A program made the position numbers and the translations under genes. This document shows positions 41,993 to 51,595 of a stretch of DNA of 64,000 nt, piece after piece; position 1 is the first letter of the stretch, and each line of letters opens with the position of its first letter. Source of the stretch: an uncultured Verrucomicrobiae bacterium (GTDB taxonomy: Bacteria > Verrucomicrobiota > Verrucomicrobiia > Chthoniobacterales > UBA10450); NCBI GenBank assembly GCA_963772365.1, contig CAVYXA010000001.1, forward strand, positions 640,001-704,000, written 5' to 3'. The notes below the pieces were generated by a model. The model saw only the letters and a program-made list of their open reading frames with translations, ran no database searches and had not been told where the DNA came from.

Positions 41993-42262
41993 TTATGCTG
42001 CTCTTTTCTTCGCCTTTTTCTCGACAATGACCCGGGGAAACTCCACCACCTGAGTCCCGTTCTGACCGAGAATCGATTCATAGATCAATTTCCCTGCAGC
42101 GATCTCGGAGAGCGCGATATCGGCGTGACCCAGCCCGGGAACAAATTCCACCATCGCCCGGTGACCCAGACAAAGCTGTCGGACACGCCGGGAGACCATG
42201 TTGACCAGAATTTGCTGATTAGGAATAACGTCAAGTGCGGCGTTAACGAGATTTGATTTCAT
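41993..42262 (-). CDS. rpoZ: RNA polymerase omega subunit
   Basis: LVNMVSRRVRQL..G and DIALSEIAAGKL. Confidence 0.85.
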   Translation of the reverse strand: MKSNLVNAALDVIPNQQILVNMVSRRVRQLCLGHRAMVEFVPGLGHADIALSEIAAGKLIYESILGQNGTQVVEFPRVIVEKKAKKRAA

Positions 42263-42411
42263 AATTTTGGTAACGGGAGAATCAAGCTGGCGAAGACTAA
42301 GTTCCGAATTCGGAATGGGATTTGATCACGTTTCGGAGAATCGCAGCGGAGAAACTTACGGGCAGTATCGTCGTTAATTGCCAGAACACAATTGATTTGG
42401 CGCAGATCGGG

Positions 42412-42467
42412 GGAACGGCCCGAGCGCCGTCCTCTACGATAAGACGCACCGCGGTGACGCGCCTCTC
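42412..42467 (-). repeat. GTAG-type REP-like hairpin pair
   Basis: Minus strand reads GTAG AGGACGGC..GCCGTTCC, with adjacent GAGAGGCGCGTCACCGCGGTGCGTCT. Confidence 0.5.
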
Positions 42468-42570
42468 GTTTTATTTCCGAACGCTTCAACGTTCGGCGTT
42501 CGACCTTCAACGCTCGATATTTTTTGCTGCCTCTTAATTTTCCCTTCCACCTTTTTACTTTTCTTTCGGG

Positions 42571-42721
42571 AACGACGCCTGCGATGCGCAATCCGGAGAA
42601 GGACCTGCGCCCCAGCTGACATACGTGAATCACGTATGATACCGATGCCATCGCTGGAAGTCTCGAATTGCGAGGCGAAGGCTCACGTTCTCCCAGCATG
42701 CGCTGACTCGCGCACGTCGTT
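42571..42721. ncRNA. Candidate 6S-like rod-shaped RNA (strand uncertain; + favoured)
   Basis: Nested complementary segments form a long hairpin with a central asymmetric bubble; no credible ORF. Confidence 0.4.
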
Positions 42722-42842
42722 GAGCAACACTACCGCAATCGCAAAAATAATTGAGATAGAAATTTGAGCTTAGCTTAATTCAAACACGCAGGCTGAGCCC
42801 GTGTATCAAAGTGGGAACTGAGTCTTCAGTGTCGTCGTGAAA

Positions 42843-43349
42843 CTATCCGACGCGGGAGAAAGTGTTAGTGCGCGTGATGGGTGTGCCGTCAACGGCGGTG
42901 GTGTGTAGCTGGATGATGAGTTCATTGTCTACGACGCGCGCGTCCCTCACGTATGTCGCGCCGATGTTGGCCGGAGCGATTGAACCTTCAATCGTCGTCG
43001 CGATCGTGCCCGCGCTCTCGTCGACGCTGTACGCGCCAAAGTAAGCGTCGTATCCGTTAACGCCGACGGTGTTATCCTTGGGTTGGGCGCGCTGCGACAA
43101 ATTTTTTTGCCCCGACCGATCGCGTTTCATGAACTGGGCGGCAAAATGACTTGGCCCGAAACAAAGGATGCCAAGCGGATCCGGGCCGAGAAACGGATCG
43201 ATCTGGACTTGTCCGGCAGCGTCCACATCCACCCGTGATTTCAGTTTCCAAATCCCGCGAATCGCAGCGGCAAGCTTGCCGGTTACCGGTGGGAGAGAAT
43301 CTTTCTTCATGTGATCTTCATCGGCTTCCTTCCTCAACTTCTCAACCAT
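42843..43349 (-). CDS. Lipocalin-like domain protein (start may be 43310)
   Basis: G.WKL.S, GPDPLGIL, AQFM and YDAYFGAYSVD motifs. Confidence 0.75.
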   Translation of the reverse strand: MVEKLRKEADEDHMKKDSLPPVTGKLAAAIRGIWKLKSRVDVDAAGQVQIDPFLGPDPLGILCFGPSHFAAQFMKRDRSGQKNLSQRAQPKDNTVGVNGYDAYFGAYSVDESAGTIATTIEGSIAPANIGATYVRDARVVDNELIIQLHTTAVDGTPITRTNTFSRVG

Positions 43350-43842
43350 TTCGGGCGAAATGTTGAATGTTTAGACACGGCTCCGGTTGACCCCAAGGTC
43401 CGGCCCCGGTTGACCCCACGGTTGTGGCATCTGCTCACCGACGAACCGCTCCCGAAACCCGCTTCAAAAGAACGCAAATGACGGCTCAACTTTCAGTGCA
43501 ACCGATAAGCCGCTTGGTTAATTCTAGGCGATGATTTGCCAAATGCCGGTTTAACGTTTCCACGCCAGCACCGGATGCAGATGCAAAAAGATAACCGTCC
43601 TTTCGGCTTCCGCAGCGCGTGCGCACTTGACTGCTTAAAGCAGTCAAGTTTGCAGCGGCAGCAGAATGTGTGGATGTTTCTGAGAAGCTGAGGTCGGCGT
43701 GGCCACCGGGTGCCGGAAAAAGTTTGAATATTAGAGGCGCCGACAGACCGAATTGAACTCATCTGATCGCGCCAAGCCGGCCAAATCTTAAATGCCTGCT
43801 CGCGAACGGAGCGAGCCTCGGAGCATGCCTTTTTGTGGAGCA

Positions 43843-44409
43843 CTAAGAGGACGACGGACGCGACGTTTCTGAGATCGGGAACTTAAACCCGTAATAGGAG
43901 TTGCTTTTCTCCTCGGTTCTCCAGAGCGCAACGACCCGCAGATCACCGCTGTATTGTCGCATTCCGTTTTCCCACGCCTGCCAGACTTCGTCGTAGATGT
44001 AGCCGAGCCGCCAGTAAACCCATTCTTCGGCGCAAAGATTGAAATAGCGCACGAACTTGAGCTGTGTCTCCATTTCGAAATCGCCCCTTCGCGACGAGGC
44101 GAATTGTAAATCAGTCCCCAATTCGTCATATCGCTCGTTGAACTCTTTCAAGAGATCTTTGATCAACCGTGCATCTTCGCCGTGTCGACGATGGATGTAG
44201 AAGGCAAGCGCTCCAATCCCGCCCACGACAGTCAGGAGCACGCTGCCGCTTCGATGACTGGGAGGAACCAGGAGATAAACAATCAAGATCAGCACCGCAC
44301 CGGCGATCGACGACAGCCAAATTAACCGCCGGTCCCACAACGGCCTCGCTCGCAGTTGGAGCATTCCTCTTTTCAGGAAGGAATCTGATGGGCGTTCGGT
44401 GTCGTGCAT
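43843..44409 (-). CDS. Membrane-anchored hypothetical protein
   Basis: Two TM segments followed by EFNERYD and YFNLCAEEW..W..GYI...VW.AW. Confidence 0.7.
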   Translation of the reverse strand: MHDTERPSDSFLKRGMLQLRARPLWDRRLIWLSSIAGAVLILIVYLLVPPSHRSGSVLLTVVGGIGALAFYIHRRHGEDARLIKDLLKEFNERYDELGTDLQFASSRRGDFEMETQLKFVRYFNLCAEEWVYWRLGYIYDEVWQAWENGMRQYSGDLRVVALWRTEEKSNSYYGFKFPISETSRPSSS

Positions 44410-44803
44410 CGAAATTCAGGATTCTTCAAAATAGTCGCTGTTGATCTTCGTTTCGAGAGAAGAAAGCGTTCGCGGGAATAAAATGAAGGGCAGTTTTCAG
44501 CGGTGATCATTTCTGCAACCGATACGGCGTTTCATTAATCCAGAGCAACGATTTAGCGGTTTTCGCCTTAACGCTTCAACGCCAACGCCAGATGCATCTG
44601 AAAAAATGGACCGACGTCTTTCTGTCCTTCGGCTTTGTCGGCGCTTGTAGTATGGAGGCGACCACGCAATTGTCGAAGACCCGCCGTCAGTTGCGAGTTG
44701 GATCAGCGGAGAGATCTCGCTTCGCACTGAGTCGTCGATTCAACGACGGTATTGGCGCATTCCGGAATGTGGCGACCATGTCAGCTCCAAAAAAGGTACA
44801 AAG

Positions 44804-44843
44804 AAAAGCCGCCGCGTAAAACTTCGTCACGCGGCGGGCTTTT
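44804..44843. terminator. Bidirectional intrinsic terminator
   Basis: AAAAGCCGCCGCGT...ACGCGGCGGGCTTTT. Confidence 0.75.
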
Positions 44844-44864
44844 CGTTAATGACCGAATTATTTC

Positions 44865-45902
44865 TTAGCTGCTCAGGCCTAACGATTCGAGCGTGGGTTC
44901 GTCGATCACGGCCGTGGCGTAAAGGCCGTTGTCTCGTTGATAATCGACCAGCGCCTGGCGTGTTAACGGGCCGAGTAATCCATCGACTTCACCCTCGTAA
45001 TAGCCTGCGTCCTTCAAGATGGATTGGACATCGGCGATCACTTGATCCGGCGGCTCGGCACTGTGTCCGACATAGATCGGGGCTTCGGTGGCGTAATATT
45101 GTTCGCTCGGGTCGTATCCCCACGCCGGGAACCAATAGCCGTTGTCAAAATAATAGTAACCGCCACCGATCAACTCGATGCGATGATAACGCGAGTGATA
45201 CCATCCGCGATCATGCCGTTCCGGATGATAGGAACGAAACACACTGTACTGCGGTCCCTGCCACTCATCGGCGCCCCGGATGCGAAAGTTCGCGTTGAAC
45301 TGAACTGGCGGGATTTTTTCGGGTCGCGACCGGGCCTTGAAATTGGCGTGCTCGCTCTTGACCTTTTGGACGACCTGCTGGTCCAGTTGTTTACCGCCTT
45401 TCCCGTGTCCGCGGCCCGGGTGGGCACTGACATTCGTATTAGTTTGCATACGTGCTTTGCCAGAAACCGACGGTGAAGCGCTGGCAGTGGGAGTTCCGGT
45501 TTCATTTCGGGCATTCCGGCCATGTCGGCCTTTGCCTTTGCCGCCCATGGCGGGGCTGGCGGTGGCCTGGGGCGACGTGTTTGTCATCGCGGGCGCAACG
45601 GTGTTCGTCTTGCCTTTAAGCGTTTTTCCCCGGCCCCATTTACCTGCGTTTTGCGACGCGCCAGTATTGGTGGTGGTATTTGGATTCGCGTTCAGTCCGG
45701 TATTTTTCTGGCCGGTTGCTCTGCCAGCCCGGCCATGTTGTTTCGCCGGCTTGGCTTCATGGGGCGTCCCGGTGGTCTGGGTTTGGTCGGCCTGATTCTT
45801 CTTTTTCTTCGAGTGCTGGTTCTGATCATCCGGCTGCGCCGCCATAGCGGCTGCGGCCAGGGTCAGTGAGGTGCTGATCAATAAAACGATAAACTTTTTC
45901 AT
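44865..45902 (-). CDS. Secreted low-complexity protein with a C-terminal PG_binding_1 domain
   Basis: Signal peptide; K/T/G-rich disordered region; VQSILKDAGYYEGEVDGLLGPLTRQALVDYQRDNGL. Confidence 0.85.
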   Translation of the reverse strand: MKKFIVLLISTSLTLAAAAMAAQPDDQNQHSKKKKNQADQTQTTGTPHEAKPAKQHGRAGRATGQKNTGLNANPNTTTNTGASQNAGKWGRGKTLKGKTNTVAPAMTNTSPQATASPAMGGKGKGRHGRNARNETGTPTASASPSVSGKARMQTNTNVSAHPGRGHGKGGKQLDQQVVQKVKSEHANFKARSRPEKIPPVQFNANFRIRGADEWQGPQYSVFRSYHPERHDRGWYHSRYHRIELIGGGYYYFDNGYWFPAWGYDPSEQYYATEAPIYVGHSAEPPDQVIADVQSILKDAGYYEGEVDGLLGPLTRQALVDYQRDNGLYATAVIDEPTLESLGLSS

Positions 45903-46493
45903 AATTGTGTGTTTGTCGGCTGCTGGTCTAATTCTATTCAGTTTGCGTGCACTTCGCCTCGGGACGTCGCGCGTTCAAACAGTTGTCTGTTAACAATTAA
46001 TCGTGCGCGGGGGCGGGTAAGGATGGAAAAGAGTAGGAGGACGGGGACGGTTCTCCCGATAACTCGGTCGGATTGATTCAAGCGGGAGGCGCAATTCGAC
46101 AGATCCAGACCGTCCTTCTGCGTCTTACCTCTACTTTGCGCGCCCAGGAGGAAAAGCGCGGGGGAGAGATGACGAAGCGAGGAGTCTGGATCTTATGGCA
46201 GTTCCCTTACCAGACGGGCCAGGGTTTTTGGCAGGCCGACTTTGCACCCGTAGATGAAAAATGCTTCCCATTTTCTCAACATCGGGAACTCATCGATGGG
46301 TTCAGGATGCTTTTGGATCGTTTGCGGTCCAACGTTGCGATAAAGATGGCTGTGGTTGTTTGCTCCATTGTGCAGTGTTCTGGTCCATACGTGAGGTTGA
46401 GCAGCCATCATGCGGTCCCCTGATCAGTTCTTGCTAATGATTGGTTGTTTCTTGCCGCGATCTGCGATGTGAGATGCGCGTGCCCTGCGACCG

Positions 46494-47654
46494 TTAGCTT
46501 AGGAATTCTGCGATGGGTTCGACTGATTCGATGTGGGTGCAAAAGATTTTGAAGGCGGCCAGGATCGGCACGGCCAGGATGACGCCGGGCACACCCCACA
46601 TCCAGCCCCAGAATGTTAACGATAGCAAGACCATCACCGGGTTGAGCGTCAGCCGCCGACCCATGACCCAGGGCGTGATGAAATTTCCTTCGAGCACGGC
46701 GAACCCCAAATACATTGCCGGAAAAATCAACGCGTAGCCGATGTTGTCGAAGCTCAACATCGCGCCGAGCGTCATGCAAATGATGCCGGTAAGCGCGCCG
46801 AGATAGGGCACGAAGTTCAATAGTGCGACCATGGCGCCCCACATGACCGGGTTGCGCAGCCCGAGCAGACCGGCGGTGGCGCCCACGGCAAGGCCGAGGC
46901 CGAGATTGATCAAGGTAACTGTAAGCAGATAACGGGAAACGTTCGCTTCGATTTCGTTAGCGATCATGACGGCCCGTTTCTTGTCATTCATCGTCGGGAG
47001 CAGCTTGATCAGTTTGGTTAGAAAAACACCGTCGTAAGTGAGGAGGAAATAGAGCAGGATCAGAAGGAGGACGAGACTCGCGATGAATTCCGAGCCGCGG
47101 GCGTAGAGGGTCTCGGTGATCGGATGATGTTTCACTTCGACAACGGGTTTGGCCAGCGCGTTGTCGGGGCTGGCCAGTTTTTCGAGTTCGCCGCTGGCTT
47201 TGGCCACGCTTTGCATCGGTTGGCGAAGCGGCAGTAATTTCCATTGGATGGTTTGCATGCTGTAGGGCGCTTTTCGCAGCCAGCTCACAGCGGGCGCGGT
47301 CAGAGCCGAAACGGCATAACCAATAACTGCCACCATACCAATCAGAACGATGGCAGCGCCGAAACCTGACGGGATGTAAATCCGGGCGAGCGCGCGCACA
47401 ATCGGCCTGAGCAAATAACTCAGGAGCAATGCAAGCACCAGCGGGAGGAGGATCGCCCGCATGAAATACATTGTGTAAAAGATCGCGAGGACGAGCAGAC
47501 CGGTGAGCGCGATCGATCGGACATCAAACGTACGGCGGGTCACGACGGTTTTTGGGCGAGGCGGCGGGGGCGCGCCATTCAGCTCGTCATCGGTCGCCGG
47601 AGTCGCCGCCGTCGGGAAAACAGTGGGAGGGCTCGCGATCGAATCCATCGTCAC
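46494..47654 (-). CDS. AI-2E family transporter
   Basis: LLNFVPYLG, EGNFITP.VMG....LNP and WGWMWGVPG.ILAVP motifs. Confidence 0.92.
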   Translation of the reverse strand: MTMDSIASPPTVFPTAATPATDDELNGAPPPPRPKTVVTRRTFDVRSIALTGLLVLAIFYTMYFMRAILLPLVLALLLSYLLRPIVRALARIYIPSGFGAAIVLIGMVAVIGYAVSALTAPAVSWLRKAPYSMQTIQWKLLPLRQPMQSVAKASGELEKLASPDNALAKPVVEVKHHPITETLYARGSEFIASLVLLLILLYFLLTYDGVFLTKLIKLLPTMNDKKRAVMIANEIEANVSRYLLTVTLINLGLGLAVGATAGLLGLRNPVMWGAMVALLNFVPYLGALTGIICMTLGAMLSFDNIGYALIFPAMYLGFAVLEGNFITPWVMGRRLTLNPVMVLLSLTFWGWMWGVPGVILAVPILAAFKIFCTHIESVEPIAEFLS

Positions 47655-47714
47655 GATAAGAATCGCTTTTGGAGCGAGGTTTACGCGCCTTTCCCAAAAG
47701 TTGGTGAATGAAAA

Positions 47715-48527
47715 TCAGCTGCCTGGACGCTTGGACGAAATGTCGACGAGATCTTCGCAAACCGAGCCAATCTCGCGGACCGTCTTTTCCGATATCGGTC
47801 CACTATCCCGTTCAATAAGCGCGCGAATCTTGCGGATTCCTTTGAGCATTTTCACCACAGCGGGACGGCTGCGGATATCACGTCGCATCCCGACGAGTTG
47901 GTTCTCCAAATAATCGATCACGGCGGGTTGGCGAAGTAGTTCGGCGCGCGCCGGAGAATAATTCTGAAGCACCAGTGCACAGAGCGCTTCGGTCCCGCGC
48001 AACCAGCCCGCCAGACTCACCAGTTGCGAGAGTGACTCGCTGCGCAGCTCGATCATTCCTTTTTCCAAATCGGAGAGCACGTCATTCCATTCCCTGCGGG
48101 CCGATTTCCATTTCTCCTCCTCGGCGTAGTCCATGATGCTTCGACTTCGCCGCAGGGCTCGTCGCCCCACCCCGAGGCCACGCGACAAAGCCAGCACACC
48201 GTGACCGATATCCTTCACTTCAGCGGAATCTTTTCCTTCCATGGCAATGAAACCTTCGGCCACCACAACGCCAAGGAGAAGCGCCATCTGGGTTTGATCG
48301 CCGTGTGATTTCCATTGAACGATCTCTGGACGCTGAACGACGCGCCAGTAGGCGCCATCGAAGCGGTCGAGCAGACGGAAAATTTCCTCAGGCACAGGAA
48401 CGAGAACCCCCTGCACCGGCTTAGCCTGGGCGGGAAGCGGTTCTTTTGCTGGTTGCGGCGTCTGGGCCACGAGAGGCAGGGATGTGGCCAGAAGAATCAC
48501 GAGCAGAATTTTTCCTATGAACTTCAT
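47715..48527 (-). CDS. Secreted hypothetical protein
   Basis: Signal peptide; helical protein; no family recognised. Confidence 0.72.
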   Translation of the reverse strand: MKFIGKILLVILLATSLPLVAQTPQPAKEPLPAQAKPVQGVLVPVPEEIFRLLDRFDGAYWRVVQRPEIVQWKSHGDQTQMALLLGVVVAEGFIAMEGKDSAEVKDIGHGVLALSRGLGVGRRALRRSRSIMDYAEEEKWKSARREWNDVLSDLEKGMIELRSESLSQLVSLAGWLRGTEALCALVLQNYSPARAELLRQPAVIDYLENQLVGMRRDIRSRPAVVKMLKGIRKIRALIERDSGPISEKTVREIGSVCEDLVDISSKRPGS

Positions 48528-48723
48528 GAATCGGCAGTTCTCTGGAAACATCTTCCATTTCGGGGGCTGTCATTCAAGGAATTCGCACAGATTCGATGAT
48601 TACCGTGCGTAGTCACAATCGCGGCGCCAGCAGCGCCTTACACGCAGTTTTGCTGATTCCTAACGGGCCCGTCACCCAATGAGGTCCCTGATCATGAGGA
48701 ATCGTAGTCGTCACTTAAGATGA

Positions 48724-48773
48724 GAAAGAAAAACAGCGTCGCTCGGAACCAAGCGAGTTCCGGGAGACGCTGT
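48724..48773 (-). terminator. Minus-strand terminator-like hairpin
   Basis: ACAGCGTC-G-CTCGGAAC..GTTCCGGG-A-GACGCTGT, preceded by GAAAGAAAA on the + strand. Confidence 0.55.
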
Positions 48774-48880
48774 CCGCAGATTCGCTGATGTGACAGTTTC
48801 GCTCCCGGCAAATCGTTCCCCTTTCAAATGCAATCGAGCAACCTATAAAAGTTGGACTCGCAAAACAGAGACCCCCCCTC

Positions 48881-49417
48881 ATGCTGAGCGGCGGCGCTAT
48901 GCGCGTGCTCCAGAATAGAACGGGGAATCGAAACGGAAATGGCCGGCGGGGGCCGGTTTCCATAGTCACGTCTCGGGATTTGCCGGCATCGCGGGAGGCC
49001 GTCTGGAAAAAGTTACTGTTTTTCGAAGAAGTCGCCGAGAGCCCGCCATTTTTCTTGCGTGGTTTCCTTCCGCGGCCGCTCGGAACCGAAGGATGCAAAG
49101 CGGAAGTGGGCGGTCAAGTGACATGTCGTTACGTCGGCGGGCATCTGCTCAAGCGCGTGACGCGCGTCATTCACGGCCACAGTTATTCGTTCGAAGTCGT
49201 TGAACAAGACCTGGGTTTGCCGGGGATTCGGCTGTTGGGCGGCGACTACTTGCTGCGTCAGCTCGCAAAAGGCCGGACGCGCGTCGTGCTTGCCACTCGT
49301 TATGAAAGCCTGAATCGGCCGCGCTGGTTGTATGAGCGGGTGGAGGCGGTGGTGTGCCATTCGTTTCATCGACATATTTTGAGCGCAATGAGCACCCAGG
49401 TGTGCGCTGAAAAATGA
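48881..49417 (+). CDS. SRPBCC/START-like protein
   Basis: T...LPASREAVWK, GFLPRP, LATRYES..RPRW and HRHIL. Confidence 0.65.
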   Translation: MLSGGAMRVLQNRTGNRNGNGRRGPVSIVTSRDLPASREAVWKKLLFFEEVAESPPFFLRGFLPRPLGTEGCKAEVGGQVTCRYVGGHLLKRVTRVIHGHSYSFEVVEQDLGLPGIRLLGGDYLLRQLAKGRTRVVLATRYESLNRPRWLYERVEAVVCHSFHRHILSAMSTQVCAEK

Positions 49418-49803
49418 GTGCCGCCAGTTTGCTGCCTCCAGTGTGGCTGATCCATGTCGCAGTGGCCGCGGTTTGGTTTTACGAAGGACTGTGGTGCAAG
49501 CTCTTGAATGGTGATGCGAACCAGCTGCGAATTGCCGAACACATGCCGCGCTCGAACTCATACATCGCTTCGAATTTGCTAAGAGTGATTGGAGTCATCG
49601 AAGTGCTGATTGGGTTCTGGGTTTTGACCAGCGTCGCTTCGATCGTCTGCGCACTCGTCCAAACCGCGCTTCTGATCGCGCTAAACGCGTGCGGCCTGCT
49701 TTGGGCCCGGCAGTTCATTCATGATCCAGCCGGAATGGTAGTCAAAAATTTTGCGTTCCTGGTTTTGGTCTGGGTTTCGGCCAGTTTCCCGGCATGGACC
49801 TGA
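49414..49803 (+). CDS. DoxX-like membrane protein
   Basis: AVW.YEGLWCKL, IG.IE..IG and DPAGMVVKN. Confidence 0.78.
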   Translation: MSAASLLPPVWLIHVAVAAVWFYEGLWCKLLNGDANQLRIAEHMPRSNSYIASNLLRVIGVIEVLIGFWVLTSVASIVCALVQTALLIALNACGLLWARQFIHDPAGMVVKNFAFLVLVWVSASFPAWT

Positions 49804-50738
49804 TTGCCACTGCTCCAAAAACTGCGTGGGCCAGCGGTCGCTTTCGCGGACATGCTCGCGCCGGCAAATTGCTTTTCGGGCGCATGTACGAAGACGTAGC
49901 GATCGAGCTGCAGGCCTTTCAAACTCCCGGGCGAATTTTTTGCATTGCTTCCGCTGGTTGCACGGCCATCGCGCTTACCCGTCTTCACCGGGTTGTGGCC
50001 GTGGACAGTAATCCGGTTCAGCTCGCATATGTCGAGCGGCGTCTCACTGGATCACGGCTCGAACATGGCAGTGCCGAACGGATCCTCGCGGTTGCGCGCA
50101 CACTGGCAGCTTTGGCCGGATGGAAGCGAGAAATCATCCGGGTGTTCCTCGACCTCGATAATCCAAAGGAACAGCTTGTTTACTGGCAGCGTCATCTGAA
50201 TACGCAACGATTTCGCGTCGGTTTCGATTTTTTACTCGCGCGGAAAACCTTGCGCTCGATTTATTCGGCATCGCTCCTTGATGCTCTTCCAGCAAACAGC
50301 GGCGCCGTTTTACGAGGGCGAATGGAGCGCTGTTTCGCTCTTCATTCCAACCGCACAAATCCTTATGCGCGTGCCCTTCTTCTCGGCGAAGATCAACTCG
50401 CGCAGAAGATCGTCGATTCCGCCCAAATCGAACTCGTATGCGCTGATGCGGCTGACTTTCTTGAGTCCCAACCTACCGAAAGTTTTACCGGCTTTTCGCT
50501 TTCAAATATCCTCGATGGAGCCAATGGCCCGTACCAGCAGCGACTATTGGCGGCGGTGCAACACGCGGCTGCGCCGGACGCAATCGTGGTACTGCGCAGC
50601 TTCCGTGAGCCTAACGGCTCGACGCCAACCAACCCCGCGTGCCAGGATCGATCGATGCTCTGGGGAATTGTCGATGTTCGCCCAGCTGCCACACTTTCCT
50701 TCGCGACTGGCAGGCAGCCCTCGCCCGCATCGATTTGA
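49794..50738 (+). CDS. DUF3419/BtaA-like SAM-dependent protein
   Basis: MYED..IE, CIASAGC, AVDSNPVQL and LSNILD motifs. Confidence 0.78.
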   Translation: MDLIATAPKTAWASGRFRGHARAGKLLFGRMYEDVAIELQAFQTPGRIFCIASAGCTAIALTRLHRVVAVDSNPVQLAYVERRLTGSRLEHGSAERILAVARTLAALAGWKREIIRVFLDLDNPKEQLVYWQRHLNTQRFRVGFDFLLARKTLRSIYSASLLDALPANSGAVLRGRMERCFALHSNRTNPYARALLLGEDQLAQKIVDSAQIELVCADAADFLESQPTESFTGFSLSNILDGANGPYQQRLLAAVQHAAAPDAIVVLRSFREPNGSTPTNPACQDRSMLWGIVDVRPAATLSFATGRQPSPASI

Positions 50739-50753
50739 GTGGCCGCGGTTTGA

Positions 50754-51524
50754 TTACTGCGCGGTGTAACCGCCGTCGATGACGAGCTCGCTGCCGGTAA
50801 CGAATTTGGATTCGTCGGACGCGAGATACAGAATGCCGTAAGCGATATCGTCAGGTTCGCCAACGTGCCCGAGCGGGTGGCGCGCTGCAATTTGTTTGCG
50901 AAAGTCGTCGACTCCGCCGGTATATTCTTTGCCGAGACCTTCCACCATGGGCGTCCAGATGTAGCCCGGATGAACTGAGTTCACACGAATTTTATCTTTG
51001 GCATAAATGAGCGCGTCGTTCTTGGTCATCAATCGTACTGCGCCTTTGGAAGCATGATACGGCGGCACGTCGCCGGCACCGATCATTCCGTAGATCGACG
51101 AGAGATTAATAATGCTGCCGCCGCCCGCTTCGCGCAGGAACAGGATCGCGTGCTTCGTGCAAAAGAAGACGCCTTTGACGTTTACATTTTGCACTTTGTC
51201 CCATTCCGCTTCTGTGACTTCGTCGGTCGGTTTGTTTGCACCTGCGATCCCGGCGTTGTTCACCAGGATGTCGATCCTGCTGAACCGTTTTCGAACATCG
51301 GCAAACACCATTCTCACTTCCGATTCATTCGAAACATCCAGGTGCCAGTAAGCGACCGTGCCGCCGGTCTTCTCGATTTCCTTCGTCAATTCTTTGCCTT
51401 CCGCATCTTTCAGATCCGTTAACGCGACTTCGGCGCCTTCCTTCGCGAGAAGAACAGCCGTCGCCCGGCCGATTCCGAGCGCCGCTCCAGTTACGATTGC
51501 TACCTTGCCTTTAACTCGATCCAT
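50754..51524 (-). CDS. Short-chain dehydrogenase/reductase
   Basis: TGAALGIG, NNAG, YHASK and VIDGG motifs. Confidence 0.95.
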   Translation of the reverse strand: MDRVKGKVAIVTGAALGIGRATAVLLAKEGAEVALTDLKDAEGKELTKEIEKTGGTVAYWHLDVSNESEVRMVFADVRKRFSRIDILVNNAGIAGANKPTDEVTEAEWDKVQNVNVKGVFFCTKHAILFLREAGGGSIINLSSIYGMIGAGDVPPYHASKGAVRLMTKNDALIYAKDKIRVNSVHPGYIWTPMVEGLGKEYTGGVDDFRKQIAARHPLGHVGEPDDIAYGILYLASDESKFVTGSELVIDGGYTAQ

Positions 51525-51595
51525 AAATCACAGTCCTAATCGAAAACCAGCCTCGCCGAGCGCCAGAATCGACGCCCGGCGATCATCATGAACCG

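Noticed and set aside
42259..42699. 146-aa ORF upstream of rpoZ
   Set aside because: It translates REP, heptamer and hairpin sequence; no protein motif.
42571..42725. Long palindrome read as an integron attC site
   Set aside because: Only one end fits RYYYAAC/GTTRRRY on either strand, it is long for an attC, and there is no cassette array or intI.
43733..43760. Possible reversed tRNA 3' end / att site (AGAGGCGCCGACAGACCGAATTGAACTC)
   Set aside because: The T-stem does not pair, there is no CCA end, and no integrase is nearby.
46073..46423. Short ORFs on both strands
   Set aside because: No recognisable motif or ribosome-binding site, so a CDS call cannot be supported.
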